64,000 nucleotides of DNA from Squalus acanthias (taxonomy: Eukaryota), in contig CM059432.1 in assembly GCA_030390025.1 (NCBI GenBank), positions 62,622,001 to 62,686,000 on the forward strand. Direction: 5' to 3'. How positions within the stretch are numbered: position 1 is the stretch's first letter; each line of letters begins with the position of its first letter. Positions 1-12,253 of the stretch are shown here, in pieces. The position numbers and the translations under genes are program-made. The notes beneath the pieces are model-generated. The model ran no database searches, had not been told where the DNA came from, and saw only the letters and a program-made list of their open reading frames with translations.

Positions 1-752
1 CAGCGCCATCGTTGCCCTGCCTCTGAGGCTGCAGGTATCATTCCAAGAGGTGGCAGCATTCTGTGACCATCTCCTTGGTGAAGCGGAGCCTCTGAATACA
101 TTGCTCCTGGCTTAAGTGCAGGTAGGAGAAGTGCTCTCGGAAGACCCTTGGTGGGTAAGACCACTTGCTGAGAGCCCTCCTGCCCCTCCTCCTCCTCCCT
201 CTGCGAGCAGCTTGTCTTCTTCTTTGCTGCCACTGCTCCATCTCCCTGTCATGCTCCAGCACAAGGGGGTCTGCAAGTCGAGCCCCCATAACTGGGAGCA
301 AATGGTCTGGTCAGAACCCTTGAATTCAGAAGCAAGGCTTTCTCCACTTGCAGTACCACTCCCTGTCACCTCACCAACTTTAAATAACTGTAGAAAGCTC
401 CAAACAGTTCCACAAACTTACACAGAGCCAATAGAAAGCAGAAAGTAAGTCACCTGCAAGTTGTTGATGATCCCTTTAAATACCACTGGTGGGGGGGTTC
501 CCTCGTGCAGCTGAATACTTGTTCAGCTGTGTGTGCTTTGGAGAGGGCGTGCAGTCGAACGGCAACGTCCAAAATAGCAGGTCGTGCATCAAATCAGCAT
601 TGCACGCTGATTGATGTCACGATCTGCCTCATTAGCATTCTTCTGGCAAACATCCACACTACCGACCTGCCCAAAATGGCGACTGCTGTGGTCGCCATTT
701 TTCTGCTGAAACCAGCCTTAAATGTCGGCATGAAGAGGGGGAATTTCACGGC
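1..752 (-). mobile_element. PIF/Harbinger DNA transposon, terminal part with decayed transposase N-terminus
   Basis: Minus ORF 38-301 reads YPPRVFREHFSYLHLSQEQCIQRLRFTKEMV (HARBI1-like N-terminus) and then stops; the element ends in the AATTTCACGGCC TIR-like terminus near 752. Confidence 0.75.
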
Positions 753-1222
753 CTGTAACTATAAAACTGGAAAATGCACAATGTCTTCTTTTGAATTTAA
801 TTTTATAGTTAAAGTAACTTTCCTGTTTATAAACTATTTCTCCCTAAAACACCATATTTTTGTTTTTATATATAAGGAATGTATTTATTGTTTCCCTTCT
901 GTACTCTTCTCATGTCATGCACCATTCCTGGTCGAGGGCAGATAGATGGGCTGCTGTCAGTTGATAAGAGTTATATAGTGGCTGGTGTGTCTCTTGCTCT
1001 TTTCCCCCTCGTTGGGCAGACACCCCCGACCTCTGTTTAGTGCCATGATGAAATAGCCGAGACTGGTAAGTCACAGTGGAGAGTTGTCAGCAAACCTGTG
1101 TTCTTGATGGTGTGTTGACTTGGAGATGTGCCAGCCCTTTCCACAAGATCAATAAAAAATTCAATGACTGATATCTAATAGAATAACTTCAAATTTGTGT
1201 TTTTTTTTTCTACTATTTACAG

Positions 1223-1303
1223 AATAGTCAGTTTTTCCTCACCTGGATCTGTATAGTTGGAATTGGAGTGACGATGGTCACACTGTCCTCTGGAGTGGTG
1301 CTG
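1223..1303 (+). CDS. CLC gene exon A (NSQFFLTWICIVGIGVTMVTLSSGVVL, transmembrane helix)
   Basis: Polypyrimidine tract + tacAG acceptor and GTAAGA donor; 81 nt, phase 0/0; hydrophobic helix preceding the GSGxPE exon. Confidence 0.85.
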
Positions 1304-2005
1304 GTAAGAAGCATTGTGATATAATCCTTTCACAAACAGCCACAAGGTCTTTAATAATTTGAACCATTCAATTATGAAACATGAACAAAATGCAGATTAC
1401 ATGATGATAGGTCAAATGTTATGCCTTTGGTGACTGAATTCTATTCAAGTTATCTCTTGTTATGGCACAAAAGAAGGAAGGGGATGGGGAAAGTCTGTGG
1501 ATGGAGGAACGTGGAGCAGTACTTTCATCAGGGTCACAGGTGAGGGGCAGGCCAGCTGCAAGTGGCCTGTATAATGGGTACCACTGAAGTAAGCACTCAA
1601 ATAATTAAACTTTTAAACACTTGAGTTGTCTCATTGGCTTTCACCTGTCAAGTTACTTTGCCTTTGTCAAGGCTAGAAAATAATTATTGATCCATGACAA
1701 GGTCAGTCTGTCTACTTGTCATCAAAGGATTATGATGTTGAGCTTTAGTTTTTTGCAAACCTTTAGCAGGTCATTTAAAAAATGACCACTACAAGGGTTT
1801 AAAAAGGTTCTGGGGAAAGTTGCAGTACAGAAGAGATAGTATAGTAATTTAACTAACATTATTTTATAATTCTTTTGACACTAGTGCTGCCTCCCAAAAT
1901 ATTTAATAATCAGAATGAAGAACATGGCTAATATCACAGTTGTGCAGCATTGAAGGATTCTTGTATAATTCTTACAGATTAATGTTATTTGTTTGATCTT
2001 CCCAG

Positions 2006-2181
2006 TTTTTCTGTCCGTCAGGTATGCCAAGTGGCCTGCCGGAGGTGATTGGATTTCTGAATGGTGCCTCAATCCAATATATCTTTCACATAAAAACACT
2101 GATTGGGACCTTGGTGTCTTGTGTGTTAGCTGTAGCCTCCGGGCTCTTTTGTGGGCCAGAAGGACCAATGATTCATATGGG
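2006..2181 (+). CDS. CLC gene exon B (FFCPSGMPSGLPEVIGFLNG...ASGLFCGPEGPMIHMG)
   Basis: cccAG acceptor and GTAAGC donor; contains the Ser-cen motif (PSGLPE, 2027-2044) and the gating-glutamate motif (GPEGP, 2153-2167). This frame is not in the ORF track. Confidence 0.95.
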
Positions 2182-3636
2182 GTAAGCAGTTCATCGCTGA
2201 GATTAAAGTGCAATGCTACTGAGTTGAAACAACAAAACTGTATAATTGCATCAGATTTAATGATTGATCTAATCACTATAATTAATTGTCAATTTCACTT
2301 TCCAAATGATTGAAGCAGTGAAAGCCTCCTCTTTCTGATAGCTGGGAGAGAGCACAAAAAAGTCTAATTCCATTTGCAATTTAATTTCATGGAAGCTACA
2401 GCATAAACTCTCAGAAATGGAAACATAACCATCTGCTGAGAGAGACCAGAGGAGATAGTGGGGCGAATGGTACACTGGTTAAATAAGAGATACAGGAAAT
2501 GATTAGGAAGGCTGGGAATTCTACATACCTTTACTGAGAATAACTGAGACTGTTTTATCCCTTATGTTGAAGTCTGACCTTGTTTCTACGTGTGTGTGTA
2601 CAGGGAGGGGGTAGTGCAGGGCGGGGAGAGAGGTGAGGCAGACACAAACATAGAGGTGATCATTGTTTGCAAGTAGACACAGTTAACAACAAAACATTTT
2701 CCTGATGTAACATGATAGGATAAAAGTCTCTTTTTCCTGTCAGCTACAATAAGCCTACACTTGGGCAGCCTCAACTGGATGCTACTGGACACAAGTCCAC
2801 AGCACAGAAATGTCTACAAATTAGCACTAAATATCCCATCTCACTGAGTCATGCACATACTACATCTACAACAGGTGTTTGACCTCTTGGGTTGGTAGAT
2901 AATGTGTGTATAAGTATGTATAACCTTTGCTTATCCTGGTTGCAAACTAGACAGTCCAGTTTCCTCTGAAACTCACAGCACCACTGTGCAGGTCAATAGA
3001 TCTAGCAAATCCATGCAAAGCACTACTCCGAGTTTCACAGGAAGCCATAACACTACAAATGTTTGGGAACGAGTACAACCTGGGCTTTGCAAATGACAAC
3101 ACATTATTTAAAGTGTTTCACTCAATCCAACAAGTAAAGACCTGAGTGTGGGATAGGTCATAAAGATGGCCAGTGTAGGAAATATAAAAATTCACACTTG
3201 TACAAGAGGTACTCGAATATTATTGGGACATTGTAAAGGGAACTTTACTCCACATGTGGTGTATGCTATCCTTAGTCTGGTAGTTTTTGATATCCATGCT
3301 GATGCCAAAAGTGGAAAAATTGCATTTCCCATAACTGACATCTCTCACCTTGGTGTTCTTGTATTCAAAACAAATAATTTGAATCAATGAAACTATATGC
3401 ATACAACAAGGGTCCATGTCATGTGTTTTGAATAACAACAATAAAAGATACTTCTGCTTTTTACTATTTGCTGATGCAGGCTATTCTGCGCTCGAATGTG
3501 CAAGTCTGTACAAGGAAACTAAAATACAAGCAAAGTGTAATGAGGTTTCTCCATAGTGATTGTGAATGCTACAGTCACACGGCTCAAATGAAGCCCTTTC
3601 CAACTGTGGAGACTTTGTGCTGTATATGGAAACACG

Positions 3637-3820
3637 AGGGGGAGTTATGAATTTCTATGTGGGTCCTCCCATTTGTTCGCAGTAAATTCGGCAGAGGAGT
3701 TGTGGAAATCCTGGAAACACCGCGTAACTGCTATTTATGCCATTTTCCCAGATTTCCACCATGCTTCCACTGAAGTTACGGCAGATGAGCAGGAGAAACT
3801 CCACATAAATTCAACCCCCT
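3637..3820. mobile_element. Short MITE-like element (~180 bp)
   Basis: Imperfect terminal inverted repeats GGGG..TGAATTT(C)ATGTGG / CCACATAAATTCAACCCC; similar-looking sequences near 17570-17800 and 47285-47400. Confidence 0.5.
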
Positions 3821-3872
3821 AGGCATTTTCTCCTCTTTCAAATAAGTTGCTTATTTATCTATAAAATTGTTT

Positions 3873-4569
3873 GGGCTAAAAATTGAGTAGCGCCCCATTT
3901 GGGGTTAACTTCGCTACTTTTAGCGCCCCGGAAATTGAGTGGTAGCGCCCCCGCACCGGAAATTGAGTGGTAGCGCCCCAAGAGGGCCCCGCATCTCTCT
4001 TGTGGTGCTGCGAGTCAATATCGTGGTGCTACGTGCCGCGGTATTGCCGGCCTTCCTCCCCTTCTTAAAGGGGAGGGGCCTTGCACAGCGCAACCCGGGG
4101 CCCAGCTGGGCCCCCGGGGATCGGGAGTGCCAGCAAAAGAGCCCGGCACTCAGGAGAAGTGCCGGGCTCTTGGAGCGCAGCCGGCACTCCACGGGGGGGG
4201 GGGGGCATTCAGGAGGCCAGGGACGGGAGCGCAGGCAGGTGCTGGCAGGTGGCCAGCAACAAAAATGGCCGCCCCCCACCTCGCCTTTAAATTGTGCCTC
4301 CCCAGCCACAGGAAGAGTCCCCCTGACCCCGTTGGACATAGTGTCTGGCGGTAAGTCAGGGGATGCTCCTGAAGATCGCGAGCGGGGCGCTGCGCACGGT
4401 GATGACGTCATCGCTGGCGGCGCTGCCGCGGGGCGCTACCGGTTAGCACCGCCGCTAACCTCCCGCTGAATTTCACGGGAAGTGTGGGCGGCGCCGCGCC
4501 TGGGTGCTAGTTGCTTTGCACCCTCTTAGGGCACTAACGGGAGGCGCAAAGCAACCGAATTTTTACCCC
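3873..4569. mobile_element. Harbinger-type MITE (~700 bp, GC-rich)
   Basis: TIRs GGGCTAAAAATT / AATTTTTACCCC; internal tandem duplication of CCGGAAATTGAGTGGTAGCGCCC; no coding capacity. Confidence 0.65.
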
Positions 4570-4815
4570 TTTGTGTTCTAATACACTTTAAGTACAAGAA
4601 TGGTTGTAATTTTCCACTACAAGGCTGTAGTATGAAGGACTTCATTCAAAAATGCCTTGCTGAAGGGATGCTATTTTTCAAAAGGGCATGGACCATTTAA
4701 GTATCGTGCATTCTTTGTGCTGTGTGTGTATATATATCTGTGTGTGCAAATGCATGCATACATCTATGTCTACATATTGAAGGTTGGAGTTCAGCAAAAG
4801 GAGGGTCAACTTTGT

Positions 4816-7800
4816 GCCCCTGAAATTCAGCACCTTAGTGCCGGCTGTTAAGTTCTGCTTTCGGCAAAAAAATGGTGGCTGCCTCGCTTCCGCCCACTTT
4901 CATGGCTGCAGTGATCGTCATTTTGGGCAGGTCAGTAGCATGTCTGCTGCCTGTGTTCGCCAGAAGAATTCTAATGACGTAGATCATGACGTCAATCAGC
5001 GTGCAACGTTGATTCGATGCACGACCTGCTATTTTAGGCGCCGCTGCTCAACTGTACGCCCTCTCCAAAGTGTGCATTCAGCTGCATGACGGACCCCCCA
5101 CCAGCGATACTTAAAGAGAGGTAAGTTGATATTTGATTTTGTACTGGTTCCTGTACCGTTTATTTGAGCAGTGGCTTGGTGTAAGACATTTAAAAAGTTG
5201 TTAAAGTGTGCAGGGAGTGCTGCTGGACGTTTGCAAGGCTTTGGCTCTTAAAGGAAGGCCTCTGAGAACACCACTTGCTCCCAGTCCTGGGGGCTCTAGT
5301 TGCAGTCCCCCTTGGGCTGCAGCATGACATAGAGATGGAGCAGAGGCAGCAAAGGGGACAAGCTGCTCGCAGAGGAAGGAGGAGGAAGCGGAAGAGGAGG
5401 AGGAGGAGGAGGAAGCAGAATGAAGGAGGTAGCAGAATGAAGGAGGTAACCCAGACAGCTCCTTTCTGGCCGGGATATCCGGGATCGAAACATCTGCCAA
5501 ATTCCCCATTGAACATTAGTCCCACACCTTACCTTCCCTCTGTTATTGACCATCAAAGCGTCCTCTAGGCCACAATGCTGAAATAAAAGCCACCACAAAG
5601 CAAACTTTCCAATCCAACTTTATCCATCTATCCATCCAATATTACATCAAAAAAATGAACTAATCACCCTTGTGCATTCCCTCAGTGACTGTCTTGCATG
5701 TGCCTTTGCCTATCCTAGTGCTCCTACGCAGTGTTACCCCAGTGGCTGCAGCATAGCTGGTGGAAGGCTGCTGACTTCCAGTGGGGAAACTGCAGATGGC
5801 CTTGCAGGACGACCTTGAGGAGCTCTGGGCCTAGCAGGCCCGGCTTCAGACTGCACCACCTCGGCATGGACGGCAGCAGTCTGGGCCGGCTGGCTGACAG
5901 GCAACAGCAAGGGCACTGGCGAAGTGGCATTGGTGGGAGGACAAATGCGGTTATCCTGGAGAGGACAGCAGGGTTATCCTCCACGGAACCATTGCCACCC
6001 CTGGGGCAGTGCCTCAGCAATTCTAGTAATCTGCTGGAGTACAGACTGCTGTAACTGCCTGCAAGCCCCTTTCAACACTGGTAAACCCAGCCATGATGGC
6101 ATCAGTCTGTGCTTGTGTGGCAACAACTTGAGCTTGCATGACTTCAGTCTAAGCTTCCATTGCAGCACTCAGATGTTGGGTGGCTTCTGCTTGTGCTGCA
6201 ATGGAAGCTGAGACATCAGATGCTGCATGATGATTGGGTCCACAAGTGCGTTAATGGATCTGCCCAGCCCTTCCATGCTGGAAAGGATGGGCTCCAAGCT
6301 CTGCCCAGAGCCCTGTGCAAGGCTGGAGCTGGACTCTTCTATGCTTGGTGACATTGCATTCAGGCTTTCTGGCAGGCCTGCCAATGCACCAAGCATTTAA
6401 TTGTGCATACCCATCAGCGTTCTTCTGTAGGCCACCCCATTGACGTCTTCATCTGAGTCCTGTGCAGCAGAACTCGTGTGTAACCTCACCATCCGGGAAA
6501 AGAGTTGGGATAAATGGTTCATTCTCAGACTGGCAATCAGTAACTAGTGGTGTTCCACAGGGGTCAGTGCTGGGTCCCCAACTCTTTACAATCTATATTA
6601 ACGATTTGGAGGAAGGGACCAAGTGTAACATATCAAAATTTGCAGATGATACAAAGATGGGAGGGAAAGTAGTGAGTGAGGAGGACATAAAAAACCTGCA
6701 AGGGGACATAGACAGGCTAAGTAAGTGGGCAGAGATTTGGCAGATGGAATACAACACTGGAAAGTGTGAGGTGATGCACTTTGGCAGGAAAAATCCTAGA
6801 GCAACTTATTATCTTAATGGCAAGAAACTGGAGAGTACTGAAGTGCAAAGGGATCTGGGGGTCCTGGTGCACGAAACTCAAAAGGTTTGTATGCAGGTGC
6901 AGCAAGTGATTAAGAAGGCAAATGGAATGTTGGCTTTCATTGCTAGGGGGTTAGAATATAAAAATAGGGAGGTATTGCTTCAGTTGTACAAGGTATTGGT
7001 GAGACCGCACCTGGAATACTGCATACAGTTTTGGTGTCCTTACTTAAGGAAAGACATCCTTGCTCTCGAGGCAGTGCAAAAAAGGTTCACTCGGTTAATC
7101 CCGGGGATGAGGGGTGGTCATATGAGGAGAGGTTGGGTAGATTGGGACTCTACTCATTGGAGTTCAGAAGAATGAGAGGCGATCTTATTGAAACATATAA
7201 GATTGTGAAGGGGTTGGATCGGGTGGATGCGGGGAGGATGTTCCCGATGACGGGTGAGACTAGAACTAGGGGACATAGTCTTAGAATAAGGGGCTGCTCT
7301 TTCAAAACTGAGATGAGGAGGAACTACTTCACTCAGAGGGTGGTAGGTCCATGGAATATGCTGCCACAAAAAAGCTGTAGAAGCTACATCATTAAATAAA
7401 TTTAAAACAGAAATAGACAGTTTCCTAGAAGTAAAGGGCATTAAGGGTTACGGGGAGCGGGCAGGAATTTGGACATGAGTCTAGGTTCGGATCCGGTCAT
7501 GGCCCTGTGGGTAGTGGAGCGGGCCCAGGGACCGTGTAGCCTGATTCTGCTCCTATTTCGTGTGTGCAATTCTGTTAGATGCAGGAGATGGTTCTGTGAT
7601 AGATAGTAGATTGGCGGTTAGGATCAGATCAGCCATGATCTTATTGAATGGCGGAGCAGGCTCGAGGGGCCGATTGGCCTACTCCTGCTCCTATTTCTTA
7701 TGTTCTTATGTTCTTATGAAACTGGCGCCTGTGCTAGCCTTGCCCCTGCCCTGGCAGCAGGCCACTCGTGCCCGGTGACTCACCACGTGCAGATCCTGCG

Positions 7801-8620
7801 TTTAACCTATCCTCTAAAGTCCGTAGAGTGTCAGTATCTGAACTGGTGGCTGGGAGTGTGAAATCGAGTGATGGTGTTTCTTCTTCACGCTCTTCTCCCT
7901 CTTCTTGTTGACCCACTGGCTGGGCAGGCTATATTTCTTGGGTGTCTGAAATGAGAAAGGCACAAGGTTAGGGTTGTGGTGAGCGGAGCGAAGGAAAGTA
8001 AGAGGTGTATGCTTACACCATGTGCAGATTGTAAATCAGAAGAGATTGTGGGATGAGGGGGAGTGGGATGCAAGAAGGAGGGTAACGTATGAGGATACCG
8101 GCACCTCGTATTCTTTCAACCCCGCTGCTGGCCATGGGCTCAGCTATACCCCTACCCAGAATGGCCAGCACCGTCTCGCCCAAGGGGGTGATGTAAAAAG
8201 TCAGATAGCCAGGTGGTGAAGGATAGAGTACTAGAGCCCAGTCTTTACTTCCTTAGACGGCTTTATCCACAGATTACATACTGTGCATCCTCCAAGATAA
8301 GCTTGCAACCCTTCTCTAGCCTACTCCCATATACAGTATATGAAAGCAAGAGAGTCCCCAATTAATTCCCACCACCTGCATACAATTAATGCTCAATTGC
8401 TATACACCACTTAAATACAATTAACAGGTGAGGTGATGCAGGAGAGCCTGTCACCCCACCACACCAGTTAAGGTCTGCTGGCATTGGTTATGTGCCACCT
8501 TTTCCTGCAAGAGAAAGGGAAGTGTGTTAGTTTGGGTGATGTAGCTGTCATGGTTGACTAACTGACAGTGTGGTCAAACTGTGAGATGTGGGTGTGGGGC
8601 TTGCAGCAGTGTGTGATTCT
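4816..8620. mobile_element. Internally deleted PIF/Harbinger element, interrupted by a CR1 LINE
   Basis: Transposase N-terminus on + at ~5280-5420 is homologous to ORF 38-301 (GALVAVPLGLQHDIEMEQRQQRGQAARRGRRR). Strong similarity to 19140-20200. Partner-gene remnants on the minus strand. Ends approximate. Confidence 0.6.
6496..7718 (+). mobile_element. CR1 LINE, 5'-truncated (RT C-terminal half + 3' UTR)
   Basis: ORF 6462-7175 has [17 protein letters not shown] and RPHLEYC; frameshift at ~7117; (TTCTTATG)n tail. Confidence 0.93.
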
Positions 8621-8663
8621 ATGATTCTATTCTATAAATGTTCTTTCCTGTCTGCTGAGGCCA

Positions 8664-8730
8664 TTATAATTCAGTTTTCAAATCGCATTTATGTGCCGTG
8701 CATATATGCGATTTGAAAACGGGAGTATAA
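8664..8730. repeat. Near-perfect palindrome/hairpin
   Basis: GTTTTCAAATCGCATTTATG ... CATATATGCGATTTGAAAAC arms with flanking TTATA/TATAA. Confidence 0.7.
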
Positions 8731-8950
8731 CTGCGGTTTAAAGTCATGTTTGTAATCGATTCAAATTTTGGAAAGTATTATGAGACCCTCTTGAGGATGC
8801 AGTCTTGTATTGTTTGGGCTTCTCATCCACTACAGTGTAACTGCAATCAGTGACAAAAATGTGACTGAAATAAACTTTGAAAGCTGGATCGCTTATAAAT
8901 TAAATTTGCATAAAATATTCAAAGTAATTTGTGGTATAGAAGGTAAAAGC

Positions 8951-11900
8951 GAGTGGAGTGGGGGAGTGGAGTGGGGGGGTGGAGTGGGGGGGTGGAGTGG
9001 AGTGGGGGGGTGGAGTGGGGGGGTGGAGTGGAGTGGGGGGGTGGAGTGGGGGGGTGGAGTGGAGTGGGGGGGTGAGTTGGAGTGGGGTGGGGGAGTGGGG
9101 TGGGGGGGTGGAGTGGAGTGGGGGGGTGGAGTGGAGTGGGGGGGTGGGTGGAGTGGAGTGGGGGGGGGGGTGGAGTGGAGTGGGGGGGGGTGGAGTGGAG
9201 TGGAGTGGGGGGGGGGGGTGGAGTGGAGTGGGGGGGGGGGGGTGGAGTGGAGTGGGGGGGGGGGTGGAGTGGAGTGGGGGGGGGGTGGAGTGGAGTGGGG
9301 GGGGGGGGTGGAGTGGAGTGGGGGGGGGTGGAGTGGAGTGGGGGGGGGGGGTGGAGTGGAGTGGGGGGGGGGGGGGTGGAGTGGAGTGGGGGGGGGGGGG
9401 TGGAGTGGAGTGGGGGGGGGGTGGAGTGGAGTGGGGGGGGGGGGTGGAGTGGAGTGGGGGGGGGGGGGTGGAGTGGAGTGGGGGGGGGGGGTGGAGTGGA
9501 GTGGGGGGGGGGGGTGGAGTGGAGTGGGGGGGGGGGGTGGAGTGGAGTGGGGGGGGGGGTGGAGTGGAGTGGGGGGGGGGGGGGTGGAGTGGAGTGGGGG
9601 GGGGGGGGTGGAGTGGAGTGGGGGGGGGGGGGTGGAGTGGAGTGGGGGGGGGGTGGAGTGGGGGGGGGGGGGTGGAGTGGAGTGGGGGGGGGGGGTGGAG
9701 TGGGGGGGGGGAGTGGAGTGGGGGGGGGGGGTGGAGTGGAGTGGGGGGGGGTGGAGTGGAGTGGAGTGGGGGGGGGTGGAGTGGAGTGGGGGGGGGTGGA
9801 GTGGGGTGGGGGGGGGAGTGGGGGGGGGGGAGTGGGGGGGGGGGTGGAGTGGAGTGGAGTGGGGGGGGGTGGAGTGGGGTGGGGGGGGGGGTGGAGTGGG
9901 GTGGGGGGGGGGGGAGTGGGGGGGGGGTGGAGTGGAGTGGGGGGGGGGTGGAGTGGGGTGGGGGGGGGTGTGGGGGGGTGTGGAGTGGGGTGGGGGGGGG
10001 TGTGGAGTGGGGTGGGGGGGGGGTGGAGTGGGGTGGGGGGGGGTGTGGGGTGGGGGGGGTGTGGGGTGGGGGGGGGGGGGGAGTGGGGTGGGGGGGGGGG
10101 TGGAGTGGGGTGGGGGGGGGGGTGGAGTGGGGTGGGGGGGGGGGTGGAGTGGGGTGGGGGGGGGGTGGAGTGGGGTGGGGGGGGGTGGAGTGGGGTGGGG
10201 GGGGGGGTGGAGTGGGGTGGGGGGGGGTGGAGTGGGGGGGGGGTGGAGTGGAGTGGGGGGGTGGAGTGGAGAGGGGGGGTGGAGTGGAGTGGGGGGGGGT
10301 GGAGTGGAGTGGGGGGGGGGTGGAGTGGAGTGGGGGGGGTGGAGTGGAGTGGGGGGGGTGGAGTGGAGTGGGGGGGGTGGAGTGGGGGGGGTGGAGTGGA
10401 GTGGGGGGGGTGGAGTGGAGTGGGGGGGGTGGAGTGGGGGGGGTGGAGTGGAGTGGAGTGGGGGGGTGGAGTGGAGTGGGGGGGTGGAGTGGGGGGGTGG
10501 AGTGGAGTGGGGAGTGGAGTGGGGAGTGGAGTGGGGGGGTGGAGTGGGGGGGTGGAGTGGGGGGGTGGAGTGGAGTGAGGGGGTGGAGTGGAGTGAGGGG
10601 GTGGAGTGGAGTGGGGGGGTGGAGTGGGGGGGTGGAGTGGAGTGGGGGGGTGGAGTGGAGTGGGGGGGGTGGAGTGGGGGGGTGGAGTGGAGTGGGGGGG
10701 TGGAGTGGAGTGGGGGGGGTGGAGTGGAGTGGGGAGTGGAGTGGGGTGGAGTGGGGGGGTGGAGTGGAGTGGGGGAGTGGAGTGGGGGGTGGAGTGGGGG
10801 GGTGGAGGGGTGGAGTGGAGTGTGGGGGGGGTGGGTGAGTGGAGGGGAGTGGGGGTTGGAGTGGGGGTAGAGTGGAATGGGGGGAGTGGAATGGGGAGTG
10901 GAATGGAATGGGGGGGAGTGGAATGGGGGGGTGTGGAATGGGGGGGAGTGGAATGGGGGGGGAGTGGAATGGGGAGTGGAATGGAATGGGGGGGGAGTGG
11001 AATGGGGGGGGAGTGGAATGGGGGGGAGTGGAATGGGGGGGAGTGGAATGGGGGGGGAGTGGAATGGGGAGTGGAATGGAATGGGGGGGGAGTGGAATGG
11101 GGGGGAGTGGAATGGGGGGGGAGTGGAATGGGGAGTGGAACGGGGGAGTGGAGTGGGGGGGAGTGGAATGGGGGGGAGTGGAATGGGGGGGGAGTGGAAT
11201 GTGGGTGGAGTGGAATGGGGGGGAGTGGAATGTGGGTGGAGTGGAATGGGGGGGAGTGGAATGGGGGGGGAGTGGAATGGGGGGGAGTGGAATGGAGGGG
11301 GAGTGGAATGAGGGGGGTGTGAAATGGGGGTGGAGTGGAATGGGGGCGTGGAATGGGGAGTGGAATGGAATGGGGGGAGTGGAATGGGGGGGAGTGAAAT
11401 GGGGTGGAGTGGAATGGGGGGGAGTGGAATGTGGGTGGAGTGGAATGGGGGGGAGTGGAATGTGGGGGGAGTGGAATGGGGGGGAGTGGAATGGGGGGGG
11501 AGTGGAATGGGGGGGAGTGGAATGGAGGGGGAGTGGAATGAGGGGGGTGTGAAATGGGGGTGGAGTGGAATGGGGGCGTGGAATGGGGAGTGGAATGGAA
11601 TGGGGGGAGTGGAATGGGGGGGAGTGAAATGGGGTGGAATGGAATGGGGGAGGGGAGTGGAATGGAATGGGGGGAGTGGAATGGGGGGGAGGGGAGTGGA
11701 ATGGAATGCGGGGAGTGGAATGGGGAGTGGAATGGAATGGGGGGAGTGGAGTGGAGTGGGGGTGGAGTGGAATGGGGGGAGTGGAGTGGGGGGGGAGGGG
11801 AATGGAATGGTGAGGTGGAGTGATGGGGGGTGAGGTGGAGTGGTGTGGGGTGGGGTGTGGGGTGGGGTGGTGGGGGGTGGGGTGTGGGGTGGGGTGGGGG

Positions 11901-12253
11901 GTGGGGGGGTGGGGTGGGGTGGGGTGTGGGGTGGGGTGTGGGGTGGGGGGTGGGGTGGTGTGGTGGGGTGGAGTGATGGGGGGTGAGGTGTGGTGGGGGG
12001 TGGGGTGGTGGGATGGAGTGATGGGGTGGGGTGGAGTGGTGGGGGGTGAGGTGTGGTGGGGGGTGGGGTGGTGGGATGGAGTGATGGGGGTGGAGTGGTG
12101 GGGGGTGAGGTGTGGTGGGGTGGAGTGATGGGGGGTGGGGTGGAGTGGTGGGGGGTGGGGTGGTGGGATGGAGTGATGGGGGTGGGGTGGAGTGGTGTGG
12201 GGTGGGGTGGTGGGGTGGAGTGATGGGGGGTGGGGTGCAGTGGTGGGGGGTGG
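8951..12253 (+). repeat. 3.3-kb G-rich compound tandem array: (GGAGT)n+polyG, then GGAGTGGAAT+polyG, then GGGGT/GGTGT/GATGG
   Basis: Directly visible; almost no C on the + strand; zone changes at ~10870 and ~11810. Confidence 0.97.

Noticed and set aside
3920..4469. Overlapping 160-176 aa ORFs and CpG-island-like composition
   Set aside because: GC-rich MITE interior bounded by TIRs; no protein homology and no evidence of a promoter.
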